Positions 36,666-48,834 of a DNA stretch of 64,000 nt are shown in pieces (position 1 is the first letter of the stretch; each line of letters starts with the position of its first letter). This stretch comes from Octopus sinensis. Lineage: Eukaryota. The notes under the pieces are model-generated. The model was given only the letters and a program-made list of their open reading frames with translations, searched no databases and was not told the origin of the DNA. A program made the position numbers and the translations under genes. Location: NCBI RefSeq assembly GCF_006345805.1, contig NC_043019.1, positions 15,313,360 through 15,377,359 of the forward strand, read 5' to 3'.

Positions 36666-37683
36666 ATACTCATTGCTGAAACCAACTGATGACTAATTAT
36701 CATTCCTAAGTCTGGCCCTATTGGGAGGTTTTAATTGTCATATGATATAATGCCATACCATTTAAGATGTTTAAAATAAAAAAAAGAAAAGATGGAAGAA
36801 TTATCATTGCAGGCCTGGCTGTGTGTTAAGAAGTCCACTTTCCGATCTTGTGGTCTCCGGTTCAGTCCCAATGCATGGTACCTAGTGCAAGTGTCTTTTA
36901 CTGTAGTTCCTGGACCAACCAATCCTTTGTGAGTGAATTTGGTAGATGGAAACTGTGTAGAAGCCCATCATATACAAATATATATGAGTGTGTTTGCATT
37001 TGTCCCCACCACCATTGTTTGACAACCAGTGCGAGTTTGTTTTTAACTTAGTGGTTCAGCAAAAGACACCAATAGAATGAATACCAGGCGTTAAAAACAA
37101 TAAGCACTACGGTTGATAATCCAGTGCTCCAGCATGACCACCACCCAAGCATCAATTTTTCTCTCTCTTCTATTCATGAAAAGACCAAAATTTGGTCGCT
37201 TGACAACCGATGGTGGTGTGTTTACATCCCTGTAACTTATTGGTTTGGCAAAAGAGACCGATAGATTAGGTATTAGGCTTACAAAGAATAAGTCCTGGGG
37301 TCCATTTGTTTGACTAAAGGCAGTGCTCCTGCATGGCCGCAGTCAAATGACTGAAACAAGTAAAAGAATAAAAGAATATATATATATATATTTATATAGA
37401 TAGATTGATAGATAGATATATTTATATGTGTTACTCACCAATTTCATTGTCATGATCAGTGAAACGTGAAACCGGTCGACTATCATAATATATGCTTTAG
37501 AATATATCAAAAATATATAAATTGTGTTCATTTTCCTTTTATTATGTCTTTTCACTACAACTCACCACATGGGGAAAATCTTTTCAACAAAATTCTTTTT
37601 TACTATATATATATGTGTGTGTGTATTAGCTCCTTCACGCATTTTTTTCTCTCCTTGTTTCTCTCCTTGTTTTTTTTGTGTAT

Positions 37684-37719
37684 CTTTCTGTCGAAGAGCA
37701 TAGGCTCGAAACGTAAAAG
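37684..37719 (+). ncRNA. Hammerhead motif, family 3 (core variant CUGUCGA)
   Basis: CTTT CTGTCGA A GAGC-ATAG-GCTC GAAA CGTA AAAG has perfect stems, palindromic ACGU and a GUA triplet, but A6 of the core is T. Confidence 0.7.
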
Positions 37720-38440
37720 ACTTTTCCTATTTCTATTCCTGAGCACTATACTAATACATTTGTTTGTTTGTACTCCAGCTGCCTTCGTCTTTTGTTTATT
37801 TTCGTAAACCTTCCTGTTATATATATATATATGTATGTATATATATATGAGAGGCTTCTTTCATTTTCCATCTTCCTAATCCACTCACAAGGCTTTGGTT
37901 GGCCCAAGGCTATAGTAGAAGACACTTGCCCAAGGTGCCATGCAGCAGGACTGAACCCAGAAACCATGTGGTTGGGAAACAACTAGAGGAGCTTATTAAT
38001 CAATTAGTTGATTAACCCTATTTCGTTACAGCTACACGGTTTATTAATAGGATGATGGATTGGCAAAAGTCATTAACAGTTCAGACACAATGCCTCGTGG
38101 TATGTAGCTGCAGTTCTTTGTACTGAGTGTTCAAATCCCACTGAGACTTACTACACTGTCATTCGTCATTCGTTGTTCGTCGACCGATAAAACAAAGATT
38201 AAATCAATCGTCAGTGCTTAACTGAAGATTGATATAAATGAATATTCCTCCACCGCCGAAGCTGTCACCATCACTTGCTCTACACATTTCTATGATTGAT
38301 TAAACATTGATAGTTACCTCTGATCTCTGAAATATCAATCAATTAACTCTATCTGCATAAGTGCAGGGATAAATACATTTGTAATAATTATCTTACCAGT
38401 CACATCCATTAACCATCGCCATCTTTGAAAAAATCTGACA

Positions 38441-39822
38441 GAGGAGTCTCTGCACAGTCAACTCAGCCTGCTAAGAATAACAGCCAAATCTCCTTTGAAA
38501 AAAGGAAGGACCCTTTGGGTAATGTAGTTTTAGATATGAAAAAATAGTCAAAAAGGCACAGTGGTCATGGCTGGATACAGAGGAGTCTCTGCACAGTCAA
38601 CTCAGCCTGCTAAGAATAGCAGCCAAATCTCCTTTGAAAAAAGGAAGGACCCTTTGGGTAATGTAGTTTTAGATATGAAAAAATAGTCAAAAAGGCACAG
38701 TGGTCATGGCTGGATACAGAGGAGTCTCTGCACAGTCAACTCAGCTTGCTAAGAATAGCAGCCAAATCTCCTTTGAAAAAAGGAAGGACCCTTTGTGTAT
38801 TGTAGTTTTAGATATGAAAAAATAGTCAAAAAGGCACAGTGGTCATGGCTGGATACAGAGGAGTCTCTGCACAGTCAACTCAGCCTGCTAAGAATAGCAG
38901 CCAAATCTCCTTTGCAAAAAGGAAGGACCCTTTGGGTAATGTAGTTTTAGATATGAAAAAATAGTCAAAAAGGCACAGTGGTCATGGCTGGATACAGAGG
39001 AGTCTCTGCACAGTCAACTCAGCCTGCTAAGAATAGCAGCCAAATCTCCTTTGAAAAAAGGAAGGACCCTTTGGGTAATGTTGTTTTAGATATGAAAAAA
39101 TAGTCAAAAAGGCACAGTGGTCATGGCTGGATACAGAGGAGTCTCTGCACAGTCAACTCAGCCTGCTAAGAATAGCAGCCAAATCTCCTTGAAAAAAGGA
39201 AGGACCCTTTGGGTAATGTAGTTTTAGATATGAAAAAATAGTCAAAAAGGCACAGTGGTCATGGCTGGATACAGAGGAGTCTCTGCACAGTCAACTCAGC
39301 CTGCTAAGAATAGCAGCCAAATCTTTGAAAAAAGGAAGGACCCTTTGGTAATGTAGTTTTAGATATGAAAAAATAGTCAAAAAGGCACAGTGGTCATGGC
39401 TGGATACAGAGGAGTCTCTGCACAGTCAACTCAGCCTGCTAAGAATAGCAGCCAAATTTCCTTTGAAAAAAGGAAGGACCCTTTGGGTAATGTAGTTTTA
39501 GATATGAAAAAATAGTCAAAAAGGCACAGTGGTCATGGCTGGATACAGAGGAGTCTCTGCACAGTCAACTCAGCTTGCTAAGAATAGCAGCCAAATCTCC
39601 TTTGAAAAAAGGAAGGACCCTTTGTGTAATGTAGTTTTAGATATGAAAAAATAGTCAAAAAGGCACAGTGGTCATGGCTGGATACAGAGGAGTCTCTGCA
39701 CAGTCAACTCAGCCTGCTAAGAATAGCAGCCAAATCACCTTTGAAAAAAGGAAGGACCCTTTGGGTAATGTAGTTTTAGATATGAAAAAATAGTCAAAAA
39801 GGCACAGTGGTCATGGCTGGAT
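38441..39822 (+). repeat. Young 139-bp tandem array, 10 units, derived from the interior of repeat family E
   Basis: GAGGAGTCTCTGCACAG starts at 38441, 38580, 38719, 38858, 38997, 39136, 39274, 39409, 39548 and 39687. Units are near-identical. Confidence 0.97.
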
Positions 39823-40412
39823 TATCTTTGACCTTAGGTCTGCCCTATCAGCATGGACTTGGAACTAGGAAACAATAAGAAACTGCAGCTAAACCTCCCT
39901 CAATTCCTTAAGCACTTTTCTGATTAGTGTTGCCAGTGTATGCCATCATCATCATCATCATCATTATCATTGTCTCCATCACTATCACCGCCATCATAAT
40001 AATAATAATAATAATAAGAGTTTCAAATTTTGGCACAAGGCCAGTAATTTCGGAGGATGGAGTAAATCAATTACTCTGTTCCCAGTACACAACTGGTACT
40101 TATTTCATCGACCCTGAAAGGATGAAAACCAAAGTCGACCTCAGTGCAATTTGAACTCAGAACATTTATTTAGGTGGATGAAATGCCCTTTTCATAATGG
40201 TTTCAAATTTTGGCACTAGGCCAGCAAGTTCAGGTGAAGGGAGTGAATCAATTACAGTGACCCCAGTGCGCAATTGGTTCTGATTTTAACGACCCCTAAA
40301 AGGGTGAAAGGTAAAGTCTATTGCAGTAGAATTTAAACTCAGAGCGTGCAGACAGACGAAGTACTGCAAAGCATTTTGCCCAGTGTGTTAATGATTCTGC
40401 CAGCACACTGCC

Positions 40413-40457
<45 letters not shown>

Positions 40458-40901
40458 GTAATAATAATAATCCTTTCTACTATAGGTACAAGGTCTGAAA
40501 TTTGTGGGGAGGGGATCTACCTGAGAACTATGTTAAGGGTACGTGTGTCTGTGGAGTGCTCAGCCACTTGCCTGTTAATTTCACGAGCAGGTTGTTTCGC
40601 TGATTGGATCAACTCGGATACTTGCTGTAACTGATGAAGTACCATCCCAGGGTGACAGTGCATGGCATAGTGGTAGGATGTTGAACTCATGACCAAAAGA
40701 TTACGGTTTCAATTCCTGGACTAGGCATTGCATTGTGTTCTTGAGCAAAACACTTCATTTCACATTGCACTGTGATCACTTTCAACACCTGACATGTGGA
40801 ACACTGTGCACCTGTTCAGGTAACATCAACTCGATGGAGGGAGGGAGCTAACGTACAACACATACATTCATCTCAAATCATTTGTGCAGATTCTTCAGTG
40901 T

Positions 40902-41190
40902 GGAGGCGCAATGGCCCAGTGGTTAGGGCAGTGGACTCACTGTCATAGGATCACGGTTTTGATTCCCAGACCAGGCGTTGTGTGTGTTTTTTAAGCGAAA
41001 ACACCTAAAGCTCCACGAGGCTCCAGCAGGAGGTGGTGGTGAACCCTGTTGTACTCTTTCTTCCTGTTTCTTGAGTAATGCTGCGATGGACTGGTGTCCC
41101 GTCCAGCTGGGGGGAGCACATACGCCACAAAAGCCGGGAAACCGGGCCCATGAGCCTGGCTAGGCTTGAAAGGGGTGCAGAAAAAAAAAA
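40902..41190 (+). mobile_element. tRNA-derived SINE with V-domain-like segment (family D)
   Basis: Head GGAGGCGCAATGGCCCAGTGGTTAGGGCAG..GGTTTTGATTCCC, then GCTGCGATGGACTGGTGTCCCGTCCAG resembling the V-SINE central domain, and an A tail. Confidence 0.65.
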
Positions 41191-41642
41191 GATTTTTCAG
41201 TAAGACATTGCAGAACCATCTCTCTCAGACTACAAGAGACTGCCATCATACAACAGTCTCTAGATTTCTGAATTGGCCAACTTTTCTCTCCTAGTTGAGG
41301 CACATGGCTCAGTGCCTCACATGGCTCAGTGCCTCGAAAATAATGTTGATCATTGGTAGAATTTGAAGTCTGAATATAAAAAGCCAAAATATAACACCAC
41401 AAGGTATTTTGTGTGACACTTTGACAATTCGGCCAATCCTTCTGCCCCTTCTGCTGTCACTGGATATTCTTCCCTCTCCTTCTTCTTCCATCCTGTTACT
41501 GTATAATCCATCCACCTTCACCCACCCCGTCAACCTTTTTCTGCCAGCCTGTCACTTAATATATCCTCCACCTCCTCCTCCCCTCTCATTTGCCTGTCTG
41601 TCATTATTAAACCTCCCACAGACATCTGCAGAAGGACACGGA

Positions 41643-41678
<36 letters not shown>

Positions 41679-41896
41679 TAATTAATCACTTAATTAGCTT
41701 AAGATAATAACTGATTTCTAAGTCCCAGTGTCACACTTAGACACAAGTGGAGGCGGTTGAAATGGCAGCGGTGGTGGTGGTGGTGGTGGTCATGACAGCA
41801 GTGTTGGTAATAGTGATGGTGGTGGTGGTGGTGGTGGCAGTGGTGATGGTGATGTGGAACTGTCAAGATCTTCAGTTTCCCAAGTATATGGCTGGG

Positions 41897-41933
<37 letters not shown>

Positions 41934-42049
41934 AAAAAAAATACATTTGGTGGAATGAGTATCTTTATGAGAAGAGATTCTTGTAATTTCAAGGTTAGCA
42001 AATTCTTTCTTCGTGAATTGTTCCCTAAATATTTAATGCTCCCTATCTC

Positions 42050-43740
42050 TTTACAGTTATCTAACTTCTTACAATCCCCTAATCCTCTATTGCCATTCTT
42101 TCTCCTCTTCCCCCTGTCTCAGTGTGACTCCCTATCTTCCTACTTCTCTGTATCCGTTCTGCTCCCTAATATAATCCCTACTATTCCCTATTTCTCTAAA
42201 CCATATCCTTCTCCTCCTCCTTAACTCTCCACTGGTTCCTGTCTCTGTTATTCCTTTTATCCCCTTCAACTGCTCCTCATTTCCTTAACCCCCTAGTGCT
42301 CTCTATCTTCCTCTCTATCTTCCTAATGTTCCAAGCTTCCTACTGTCCCCTATCTCTCTATTATTCTCTTACTTCCAACTACTCCCTATCTCTCTTCTGC
42401 TCCATATCCAACCCCTAATTCCTAACTCCCCCATCCCTTTGCTGTCTCCTATCTCTCTACTACTTTACAAAGTTTCTACTGTTTTCTTATTCTCCATTGC
42501 TCTCTATCCCTTTGCTGTTCCCTATCCATCTTCTCCTTAACTTCAGACCAATCTCTTTCTCCATACTGATCCCTACCTTTCTATTCCCCAGTTATTCCTG
42601 CTTTTCTTCATCATCTTTTTCACCCCCTATCTTTTTCTTTTTCCCAAAGTCTCAACTACTTCATATCCCTCTAGTGCTCCCTAATTTTCTACTGTCACAA
42701 ATTCCCTTTATTCCTGCTGCTCCCTATCTCTTCCCTGCTCCCGATTTTCTCCATAACTCCCTAATTTTCTATTATTGATTCCTAACTTTCTAAAGCTCCC
42801 TAATTTTATGCAACTACTTCTCTCCCTTTCCACTGTTCCCCAACTTCTTATCCCTTTATTACTCCCTGTCTGTCTACTACTAATCACAACTCCCTAATAT
42901 CTACTCCCTATCTTTTCATGTCTCTCTTTTTTTCTACAACTCCCTATTTTTTGTAACTACTACTATTACCCTTTCCACTGTTTCTTAACTCTTTGTCTCT
43001 CTATTGCTCCCTATCTTTCTACTACTCCCTACAACTCCCTAATTTTTGCTCCCTGTCATTCCACTACACTCTATTTCTCTGCAACTCCCTAATTTTATAT
43101 TACTACCACTACTCTTTCCCCTGCACCATAACTCCTTATTTCTCATTTGTTCCTTATTTTTCAATGACCCTTAATCACTACTCCCTAGTTTTTACTCCTT
43201 GTCTTTTCCTCTCCACAGCTCCCTAATTTTTACTCCTGATGTTTCCAACACTCTTATCCTTTCTACAGCTCCCTAATTTTTACTCCTGATCTTTCCAACA
43301 CTCTTATACTCTCTACAGCTCCCTAATTCTTACTCCCTATCTTTTCATTACTCTCTTTCTCTCTCTACAGCTCCCTAATTTTATATCACTTCTACTTTTC
43401 ATTTTCTCCACTGCTCCTTAACCTGCAATCATTCGTGTTCCCTATCTTTCCACAATTCTCAATCACAGATCCCTAATTTCAACTGCTCCCTATATACCCT
43501 CCCCTCTGACTACTTCCTAATTCCCTATACACTACTACCTCTACACCCTAGATCCCACCATCACTACTGACACCCTCCAACTGCTATTCCCTAACTCCCA
43601 CCCTTACAACCCCATCTTCACCCTAACACCCTACAGCCCAAATACTTCCTCTCCTTTTCTCTCCATACAGGACCCTACACCTTACCTCACCTTGTTTTGT
43701 TTACCTACCATTCTTGTGTTCCTTAATTTTGTCCCTGCTC
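42050..43740. repeat. G-poor degenerate minisatellite region (CTCCCTAATTTT / CTCCCTATCT motifs)
   Basis: About 1.7 kb with very few G on the + strand, dozens of CTCCCTA motifs, and a recognisable ~49-bp tandem at 43190-43380. Confidence 0.8.
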
Positions 43741-44065
43741 CCTTATTTCGCTTCTCTTATCATTTCTTATCTCTTTCCCTATCAGGTACATCATAATCTG
43801 CCAGCTGGGCCCTTTTTAATATCTCCTCAGTCTTCTTGGTATATATTTCATACAGATATGTGTGGGGGGTGGGGTGGGGTCCAAATATGTTTCATGTATA
43901 TACACATGCACTCATATGCACATATATATCTTTGTATATATACACACATACTTATATATGTATCCACACACACAAGCACACACACACATATATATATATA
44001 CACACACACAAGCACACACACATATATATACACACACACACACACCACATATTTTTATATGTACC

Positions 44066-44097
<32 letters not shown>

Positions 44098-44214
44098 ACT
44101 CTCCCATTATATATATATATATAGGTATATATACATGTGTGCATTTGTCTGTGTGTGTGTATGTGCAAATGTTTTATGTGTCTAAGTAGTGTACGCACAC
44201 ACACGTATATGTGC

Positions 44215-44269
<55 letters not shown>

Positions 44270-44275
44270 TATAGA

Positions 44276-44307
<32 letters not shown>

Positions 44308-46008
44308 CATACATAATCAATTAAATTATGAACCTCCATAAGTTTTGCTTGGTAATTTATTTCGTTTGGAGTTTGAAGGAAGATAAAAAGCAAAGTTGAA
44401 ATGGATCAAATTACCTCAAAAGTATTTTCGTTTGACACACAAATTTTTTTACAATCCAATGCTAATATGCACACACGCACACACCTAAACACACACACAC
44501 ATGCCTAAACGCACACACACACACGCACACACACACACACACACACCTAAACACATCTGCTGGGTTCTCACAGTTTCCCTCATTTTCTCTTCAAGAAATG
44601 TGGAACCTTTGCATCTTCTTCTCATAAAAGTCCTTCAGGTTTGGCCAGACACAAAAGGAATATTCAACCAGGAGAAAAGGAATAAGGGGACTATAGACAA
44701 TTAAGGCCTCCTCCCTTTGTCATCATCTCCATATGTGGATAATTAGGCGTCTGCCATAGGGGTTGTTCAGTCTGCAAGAAATAGCAGCTAAATCTTTCCC
44801 TAATCACATCCTACCATTTTTATTATTATTAATTACACTAAGGTGGCAAACTGGCAGATCGTTACCGCATCAGGAAAAATGCTTAGTGGCATTTCATCCA
44901 TCTTTACATTCTGAGTTCAAATCCTGCCTAGGTCGACTTTGTCTTTTATCCTTTCAAGGTCAATAACAGAAGTACTAGTTGAGTACTGGGGCTGATGTAA
45001 TTGATTTACCCCTTCCCCTGAAATTGCTGGACTTGTGCCAAAATTTGAAACCATTATTATTTATTATACTGCATAACACAATTTTTGTTGTGGGGTCGCA
45101 ACTGTTGTTCTCTATTTGTTGGTCCCTAGAAAGTATGAAAAATGGCTAATATTTCCTTCAAAGTTTGCTTTTGTTACATTTATTGAAACCCCAAAGACTC
45201 CCTTTCAACACATGGCTATGATGCTCCCCTACTACTCCTACTCGTGACCAGGGATGCACTTATTTGTCAGCCACTAAGGGACATGTCCAAAGTGCTCAAG
45301 GTCAAACAATTGAAAAGCAAATCTGTGGTGTTGAGCAGAATATTTGCTGTAACGATATTTCCGCTTCAGCAACTCAGCACTGAATCTGAAATGTAATGGA
45401 AAATAGGTCAGTTTCAAAAACATTGATGTACAGGTCAGGAAAATAAAGCTACAGGGATGTAAACACACCAACACCGGTTGTCAAGTAATGGTGGGTGGGG
45501 TGGGGGACAAACACAGACACAAAATCACACATACATAAAAATACACACACACATAAACACACACACACTTATATATATGATATGCTTCTTTCAGTTTCCA
45601 TCTACCAAATCCACTCATAAGGCTTTTGGTTGGCCCAAGGCTATAGTAGAAGAAGCACATAAACTTTACTGGTCTGAAGCACAATTTTTTTCATGGCCTT
45701 TGAAAAATTACCATGGACGCCCCTCTATTTATTATGTTGCATTCGTGGACCTCCAGGGTCCATGTAAACTTCAGTTGAGAACCCTTGCTCTATAGCCTGT
45801 CCTCTTTATGGCTCTTTTACTGTTCTCTTTTCTGTCTTTTTATGTATTATCCCGTGTACTCTACTTTCACTTTTGGCTCTTGTTGCAATTGGGTAAAATT
45901 GTTAGCCAATCAGACTAAATGCTTCTTTGCATTTCTTTCAACTCTTTTCCTTCAGAATCTGAGTTCTGCCAAAGTTGACTTTACCCTTCATCACTTTGAA
46001 GTCCTTAA

Positions 46009-46226
46009 CCCTTTAGTATTTAAACTGGCCATAAACGGCCCCACTATTCTGTGTTTTATGTTCAAACTAACCGGATCCAACCACTCACACCTACCTTACA
46101 ATGTCATTCTAAAAATATACAAACATACCATTTACATCTTGAAACTACAAGAGAATACATGATTAATTCCAAACAATGTGAATTAATAAACGTTATATTT
46201 CACAAAGAAATCTGAATTCTAAAGGG
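46009..46226. mobile_element. piggyBac-like MITE (TTAA target duplication) nested in a SINE B
   Basis: TTAA|CCCTTTAG...CTAAAGGG|TTAA. The SINE B centre resumes on both sides. Further copies are at ~50995-51215 and ~55612-55836. Confidence 0.8.
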
Positions 46227-46499
46227 TTAAAATAAGTGCCAGTTGAGCATTGGGGGTCGATCTAATTAAGTTATCCCCACTTCCGTAAAATTCCTGGCAT
46301 TGTGTGAAAATTTGAAACCATTTACTCTGTTTCTTTGCTTAAATTATTGCTGCTTTCTATCCCCTCTTTTACCGTTTTCCAAACATTTTGTACACCTGAT
46401 CACTGCATGCAACAATACAATAAGCTCATTATTATTATATGGCCTTTCATTTTTTTTTCTTTTTTTGTACTTTATAAAAAGTACCTTACCTACAAATTG

Positions 46500-46740
46500 G
46501 AGAATACAAAGAATTTTAATACAAATGTTTTCTAAATGGTTCTTTGATATTTTTTCCTCTCTTTGCCCTACTCACAGTTCCAAGATCTCCCATATTGATT
46601 TTGATTATTCTTGTGTCTGTATTTTTTCTATTTCTTCTCTCAGTTCTTCAAGTTTTTATATTTGAAGAGTTTTTTAAGCTCCTTTACTGAAAGGCTAATA
46701 TTATAATCCAGGCCAGTTATATCAATCAGTGAACAAGACG
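46500..46740 (-). pseudogene. R4/NeSL-type non-LTR retrotransposon restriction-like endonuclease fragment
   Basis: Minus-strand pieces CSLIDITGLDYNISLSVKELKKLFKYKNL and ..IIKINMGDLGTV match the 'IDxxxP...K..KYxDL..E.....IPxVIGALG' RLE terminus. Confidence 0.55.
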
Positions 46741-46789
46741 TCTTAATCTCTTTCCTTTTATGACAATATTCAGTGCATCTTTCGTCCCT

Positions 46790-47430
46790 CTGAATTGCAA
46801 AGCATTGTGTCGGTGTAAATAAAAATGTTGTCGGTGAAAAATATGTACAGAATGATGGAGACACATACAGCTTAATTGACACAGAGGAGAAACAGGCATG
46901 GAAATGCTATTCTGAAAGGCTGAAATATTAAGATAAGGCTTTATGGCCATATTCGAAAAAGCAGGGGTCTGGAAAATGTTGTCATAGAAGGAAGGGCGGA
47001 TGGGAGTAGACCAAGAGGCAGGCAAAGAATGCAGTGGATGGCATTCTCAAGAGCTGGTTGGACAAGAGTGGCAAAGCAGCTGGAGAACTTGTGCTTAATG
47101 GAGAAGATTTTTGTTGCAGTGTGATCAATGCACTATAGGTATATGATTCATGACGAAGACGGTTAGAGAGAGAGGGAAACAGAGGGAGAAAGGAGGAGGC
47201 GGAGGAGAGAGAGAAAGAGAAAGATAGCTTACTCAAAGTCAGAGGAACCCATTATTAAAATTGACAGTTTTACAGTCAAAATGGCTGTTAATGATATGAA
47301 GATAAGGAAAGAAGCTAGTTTATCAGGGACGGTTGCTGAGATGTGGAAAAGATCTGGTGAAATAGGATTCTTGCTAGTCACTGATGGGGTTAATCAAATA
47401 GTGGAAGATGGTGTTAGTTTGAAATGATAA
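46790..47430 (+). pseudogene. RTE-like LINE fragments
   Basis: ..LENVVIEGRADGSRPRGRQRMQW.. at ~46960-47050 and MKIRKEASLSGTVAEMWKRSGEIGFLLVTDGVNQIVEDG at ~47290-47420 are RTE RT-flanking motifs. Confidence 0.7.
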
Positions 47431-48183
47431 AAGGTAAAATTAGCTTCCGTGGCATTTGATCCTGGAACACAGATCCAGAACAAGTACGGCAAAGCATTCT
47501 ATATGATGCTCTAATGATTCTGTTAATTCACACCTTATCCCAAAAGTTGAACGTAATTCCTTAATTTTCCTTCTTATTATCCTTGGTCTTTTCAGTTTCA
47601 TAAATATAAAAATTTTTAAATTCATCAAAATTAGAAAGTATCCTTAATACAGTTTTGAAGTAAGTCAATGAGGTGGCAGAAACGTTAACGCACTGGACAA
47701 AATGTTGTGGTATTTCAGCCATCTTTACATTCTGAGTTCAAATTCCACCGAGGTGGAATTTATCTTTCATCCTTTCAGGGTCAATGAAATAAGTACTGGT
47801 TGAACTTTGAGATCAATGCAACCAGCTTATCCCTTCCCCAGAATTGCAGGCCTTGTGCAAAAATTAGAAACCAATATTTCATTGAAGTAAAGATGCCACT
47901 CCGAGAGTGTAGTGGATGCTTTTAGGTGCCACCGGCACGAGGGCCAGTCAGGCAGTTCTGGCAATGATCACGCTCAAAAGGTGTTTTTGACATGGTACCA
48001 GTACCTAGACCAGTGCTTTCTATATGACACCTTGTTTTTAGGATCTCAATTCTCAATCTAAGTTTATCTCCATAGATTTTCTATAGAATGCAGAGCCAGA
48101 ACTGCAAGTTATGATGCTTTATATACAAACATGTCTATGTAAACAATGAGATTGAAGAGAGAACAAAAAAAAAATGGTAATAG

Positions 48184-48229
48184 GTGTATATGCATGTTTC
48201 AAGAGTTATTGCTCTCTCATCAGTACCAC
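48184..48229 (-). ncRNA. Degenerate hammerhead motif (related to family 2)
   Basis: Minus strand reads GTGGTA CTGATGA GAGAG-CAATAA-CTCTT GAAA CATGCA TA TACAC. Core and stem II are intact, and stem III is degenerate. Confidence 0.6.
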
Positions 48230-48788
48230 TTCAACCCTACAACAATCCACGAACACATGGCTTAAATACCCATACATGTGTGTGTGTGCATGTTTGTACC
48301 CTCACCACTTGACAACCGCTGTTACTTTGTATTTGTCCCAGTAACTTAGTGGTTCTACAAAAGAGATTGATAGAATAAGTACCAGAGTTAGAAAAATAAT
48401 TATTGAAGTCAATATGGTTGACTAAACCCTTCAAGGTTGTGCTCCAGTGTGGCCACAATGTAACGAGTGAAGCAATGCAAAGGATAAAAGCTAACCTCAA
48501 TTCTGTAGAACTACAGACGGATAGAGTTAGTTGACCGTTCTTTAAAATAAAACTCAGTCTCTCAGAACATTTCTTACTGCAAAAGTTTTGGACAATAAAA
48601 TATATGGAACTCCACTAAAAGACATTTCTAAAAGTAATCGATATTTCTGACAGTTTGCTCAGGTTTCTTCTCCTGGTATCATTTTCATGTTTTATGTTAA
48701 CCGTTTCTCTTGAATATGACTCGCTGAGAAGAATGGCCAAAGATTCTAATAACATCTTTCCATTGAAATTTGACATCCACTAGTATTT

Positions 48789-48834
<46 letters not shown>

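Noticed and set aside
38441-39822. 139-bp array as a CRISPR array or tRNA/5S gene cluster
   Set aside because: Units are near-identical throughout, have no cloverleaf or Pol III A/B boxes, and derive from a dispersed repeat.
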